Part shown: piece after piece, positions 60,773-64,000 of the stretch
Position numbering within the stretch: position 1 is the first letter of the stretch
How the letters are laid out: each line of letters starts with the position of its first letter
Source: Octopus vulgaris
Taxonomy: Eukaryota
DNA length: 64,000 bases
Assembly (NCBI GenBank): GCA_951406725.2
Contig: OX597816.1
Coordinates: 20,026,001-20,090,000, forward strand
Reading direction: 5' to 3'
Program-made: the position numbers and the translations under genes
The notes under the pieces: generated by a model
The model's input: only the letters and a program-made list of their open reading frames with translations
Told to the model about the DNA's origin: nothing
Database searches by the model: none

Positions 60773-61110
60773 AGTCGCCTCAGACCGAAAACGGCCTCCC
60801 GAACCGAAAAAGTGTAACGCGCAGAACCAGTGAGACGCGAAACCGCATCAACGCCGTTCAGAATTTCCACAACAACAACAACGCTTTTTGTTCTTTTTTA
60901 CCGAATTTCAGGAGCCAAAAAAAAACACGACCTTTTTTCTCTACATACTTTATAGACAATTGATTCTTTATTACCCACAAGGGGCCAACGAAGAGGGGGA
61001 CATTACAAGACATGGGGACATAGAACATTATAATTAAATTTATGAAGGATGAATTGTTACATGAAAAAATGATAATATGAAAGCGATGCTAAAGGCCCCA
61101 TCCGTTAGCA

Positions 61111-62482
61111 TCACTTACCTGTCCTTTGGTTTTCGCCGTCACTCCAATTTCCAATAATAAAACCTGATATTCTCCATTCTCACTTCAAAACGATTCTCCA
61201 TATTTTTCACGGATTCATCTACTCAGACTCATCTCTTCCACCTCCCAATTCTCCCTTTCGCACCTTCTCATCAAAACTCATCTATTCGCTCCTTTTCAAT
61301 CACTGCACACCTGGTCACACCTGAATCGCACCATGTATACCCTTCCATTACCCTTTTAACCTCTTCCTGTTCTGTCATAATACATAAATGTTCGGCCTGG
61401 GTTCACTTTCAGTCTCTTGTCTGTCTGTGTTAATTTTTTTTTTTTTTCTTGCTAGGAGGGGAGTGGGTGGAATCACTGTTTGCAGGGGAAGGATGGGACC
61501 TCAAGGGTATGGGTGGTGTCGGGGTGGGTTGGGGCTTCGCACAGTTTTTCTTTTTCCTTCTTTTTCTCTTTGTTCCCCCTTCTTTCCACTCTTGTTGCAT
61601 CTCCTCTTCTTCTGTCGTTTCCTTCTCTGTTTGTTTCTGTTTATTTTTTCTTCCTCTCTTGAGGCTTCCTCAACGCTTTCCTTTTCTTTTTTCCTTTGGT
61701 GGGGGAGGGCAGTAGGCTCTTATGTGACCCCTCTGGCCACACTTGTAGCACCTGGGCGCCCTACCCTCCACCCACACTCTCATAATATTTCCAGTTTTTA
61801 TGCTGTCCGTAATCCTCTCTATAACATCCGCCTCCGCTTGAATGTTCATAACTAGTGTGGCACCTCTCACGCCTTCATACTTCATAATGGCGTGGAGGAT
61901 GTCCACTTTATCTTCATTTCCTTTTATAACCGCAGCCGTTATTAATTCGCCCTCTAGGTGTGGAGGTATTCCCTCCACCCTAATTCTGGTTGTCCGCCTA
62001 TTCAGATACGAGGGTAACAAGTAAATCTTTTCTGTACTCACCACCTTGGCTGCTACATTCCTGGCTGCTTTTTCACTTTTAAATTGCACCGTTATGGTTC
62101 CGTATTGTAATCCTTTTGTCATGTACACAATTTCCTCTCCTGTCTGCTTGAGAGCCTCTTCAATTGCTTCCATGTTAATTACTTCCATCTTTCTACCTCC
62201 ATTCATAAATACTTTATATTTAATGGTTCTACGATGGAACCAGTCTCCGCGCCCTACTGGATTCAGCAGCTCGACTTCACCGTTCTCGTCCTCCTTCACA
62301 AACTCCTGGAGGCCCGCCAACTTAGCCAGGTCTATCTCTCTTTCCGTTGACTTCTTCGTTACACCTGCGTAGGTGCCTTCCATCTTTTTCACCGCCAACT
62401 CCTCCTCAGATGTCGATACTTCCGTCGAAATTTCAGAGTAATTTCTCCCTTCCATCTCCTCCGCTTGATGTAGGCGGCTCAT
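61111..62482 (-). pseudogene. Unit 10 Gag/ORF1-like protein (subfamily B, RTGK), multiple frameshifts
   Basis: ORF 61670-62644 carries the CCHC; several indels downstream. Confidence 0.75.
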
Positions 62483-62829
62483 AGTCGCCTCAGACCGAAA
62501 AACGGCCTCCCGAACCGAAAAAGTGTAACGCGCAGAACCAGTGAGACGCGAAACCGCATCAACTATGTTCAAAATTTTACAACAACAACCATTCACTTTT
62601 TGTTCTTTTTTACCGAATTTCACAGAGAGCAAAAAACACAACAATCCTGCTTACCGACTCAAACTGATTTCTTTATTACCCACTAGGGGCCAACATAGAG
62701 GGGACGTTACAAGACATTGGGGACATGGAACATCACAATTACATATATATGAGCAAAATGGAATATGAAAATGATATATGAGAGTGATACCGACGGCCCC
62801 ATCCGCCAGCATCACTTATCTGTCCTTCT

Positions 62830-64000
62830 TCACCCATTTCCAATTAGTATTCCTGTTTTCACTATCACAACATTCGTTTTTCTTTTAGCCCTCTCTATCC
62901 ATTCATCTTTCATTTCCACTGACTTCCAACACACACCCTCTTCCTCAAACCTTGTCGCCAATATACCCGTATCATCACTATCCACAGCCGTGTAGCTCCA
63001 ATCTTCGTGTTCGTACCACTTGGTTAACACCAGTTTTTTAACCTCTTCCTGTTCTGTCATAATACAAACGTTCGGCCTGGGTTCGCTTTCAGTCTCTTTG
63101 TCTGTCTGTGTTAATTTTTTTTTGTTTTCTTGTTGGAGGGGAGCGGGTGGGTTCACTGTCTGCAGGGGAAGGATGGGATTCAGAGGGTGCGGGTGGTGTT
63201 GGGGCGGGGTTGGGGCTTCGCACATTTTTTTCTTTTTCTTTCTTTTTCTCTTTTTTCTGCCTTCTTCCCACTCTTGTTGCATCTCCTCTTCTTCTGTCGT
63301 TTCCTTCTCTGTTTGTTTCTGTTTATTTTCTTCCTCTCTTGAGGCTTCCTCAACGCTTTCCTTTTCTTTTTTCCTTTGGTGGGGGAGGGCAGTAGGCTCT
63401 TATGTGACCCCTCTGGCCACACTTGTAGCACCTGGGCGCCCTACCCTCCACCCACACTCTCATAATAATATTTCCAGTTTTTATGCTGTCCGTAATCCTC
63501 TCTATAACATCCGCCTCCGTTTGAATGTTCATAACTAGTGTGGCACCTCTCACGCCTTCATACTTCATAATGGCGTGGAGGATGTCCACTTTATCTTCAT
63601 TTCCTTTTATAACCGCAGCCGTTATTAATTCGCCCTCTAGGTGTGGAGGTATTCCCTCCACCCTAATTCTGGTTGTCCGCCTATTCAGATACGAGGGTAA
63701 CAAGTAAATCTTTTCTGTACTCACCACCTTGGCTGCTACATTCCTGGCTGCTTTTTCACTTTTAAATTGCACCGTTATCGTTCCGTATTGTAATCCTTTT
63801 GTCATGTACACAATTTCCTCTCCTGTCTGCTTGGAGAGCCTCTTCAATTGCTTCCATGTTAATTACTTCCATCTTTCTACCTCCATTCATAAATACTTTA
63901 TATTTAATGGTTCTACGATGGAACCAGTCTCCGCGCCCTACTGGATTCAGCAGCTCGACTTCACCGTTCTCGTCCTCCTTCACAAACTCCTGGAGGCCCG
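62830..64000 (-). CDS. Unit 11 Gag/ORF1-like protein (chimeric C-terminus), cut by the window edge
   Basis: Fragments 63762-63983, 63350-63847 and 62830-63282. Confidence 0.78.

Larger units (their letters stand above)
45449..64000 (-). repeat. Head-to-tail tandem array of at least 11 Gag/ORF1-only retroelement-like units (about 1.7 kb each)
   Basis: Unit 3' ends (+ strand att[t]ctttattacccac-like) at about 45449, 47178, 48994, 50749, 52481, 54157, 55839, 57547, 59260, 60963 and 62667; 5' ends are gagccgaaaaaaacacg-like. Confidence 0.95.

Noticed and set aside
45637-63707. Many + strand F/S/L-rich ORFs in the array
   Set aside because: Antisense shadows of the purine-rich minus-strand ORFs
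45449-64000. CRISPR-like or LTR-retrotransposon reading of the repeat/spacer junctions
   Set aside because: Eukaryotic context, 1.7-kb coding units, no cas genes, no LTRs, PBS or pol

Overview
AT-rich, microsatellite-rich eukaryotic intergenic DNA with no recognisable host exons. The SINE complement suggests a cephalopod (Octopus-like) genome; this is an inference. 1-33 kb is a repeat graveyard: at least four tRNA-derived SINE families, an internally deleted mariner, a non-autonomous Helitron, a foldback MITE, a Gypsy LTR-gag remnant, CR1 3' fragments and decayed Penelope/R4-like pieces. 33.9-43.8 kb is a giant (TA)n field containing three young 5'-truncated CR1-group LINEs. From about 45.45 kb to the window end there is a head-to-tail array of at least 11 minus-strand units of about 1.7 kb. 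Each encodes only a roughly 440-470 aa Gag/ORF1-like protein (RRM-like region, one CCHC knuckle, basic/acidic tail), with no RT and no poly(A). The units belong to divergent, recombining subfamilies but share a 5' terminal motif and a 3' tail. That 3' tail is also the tail of a dispersed SINE family in this window. This Gag-only, HeT-A-like array is the best candidate for an undescribed system.
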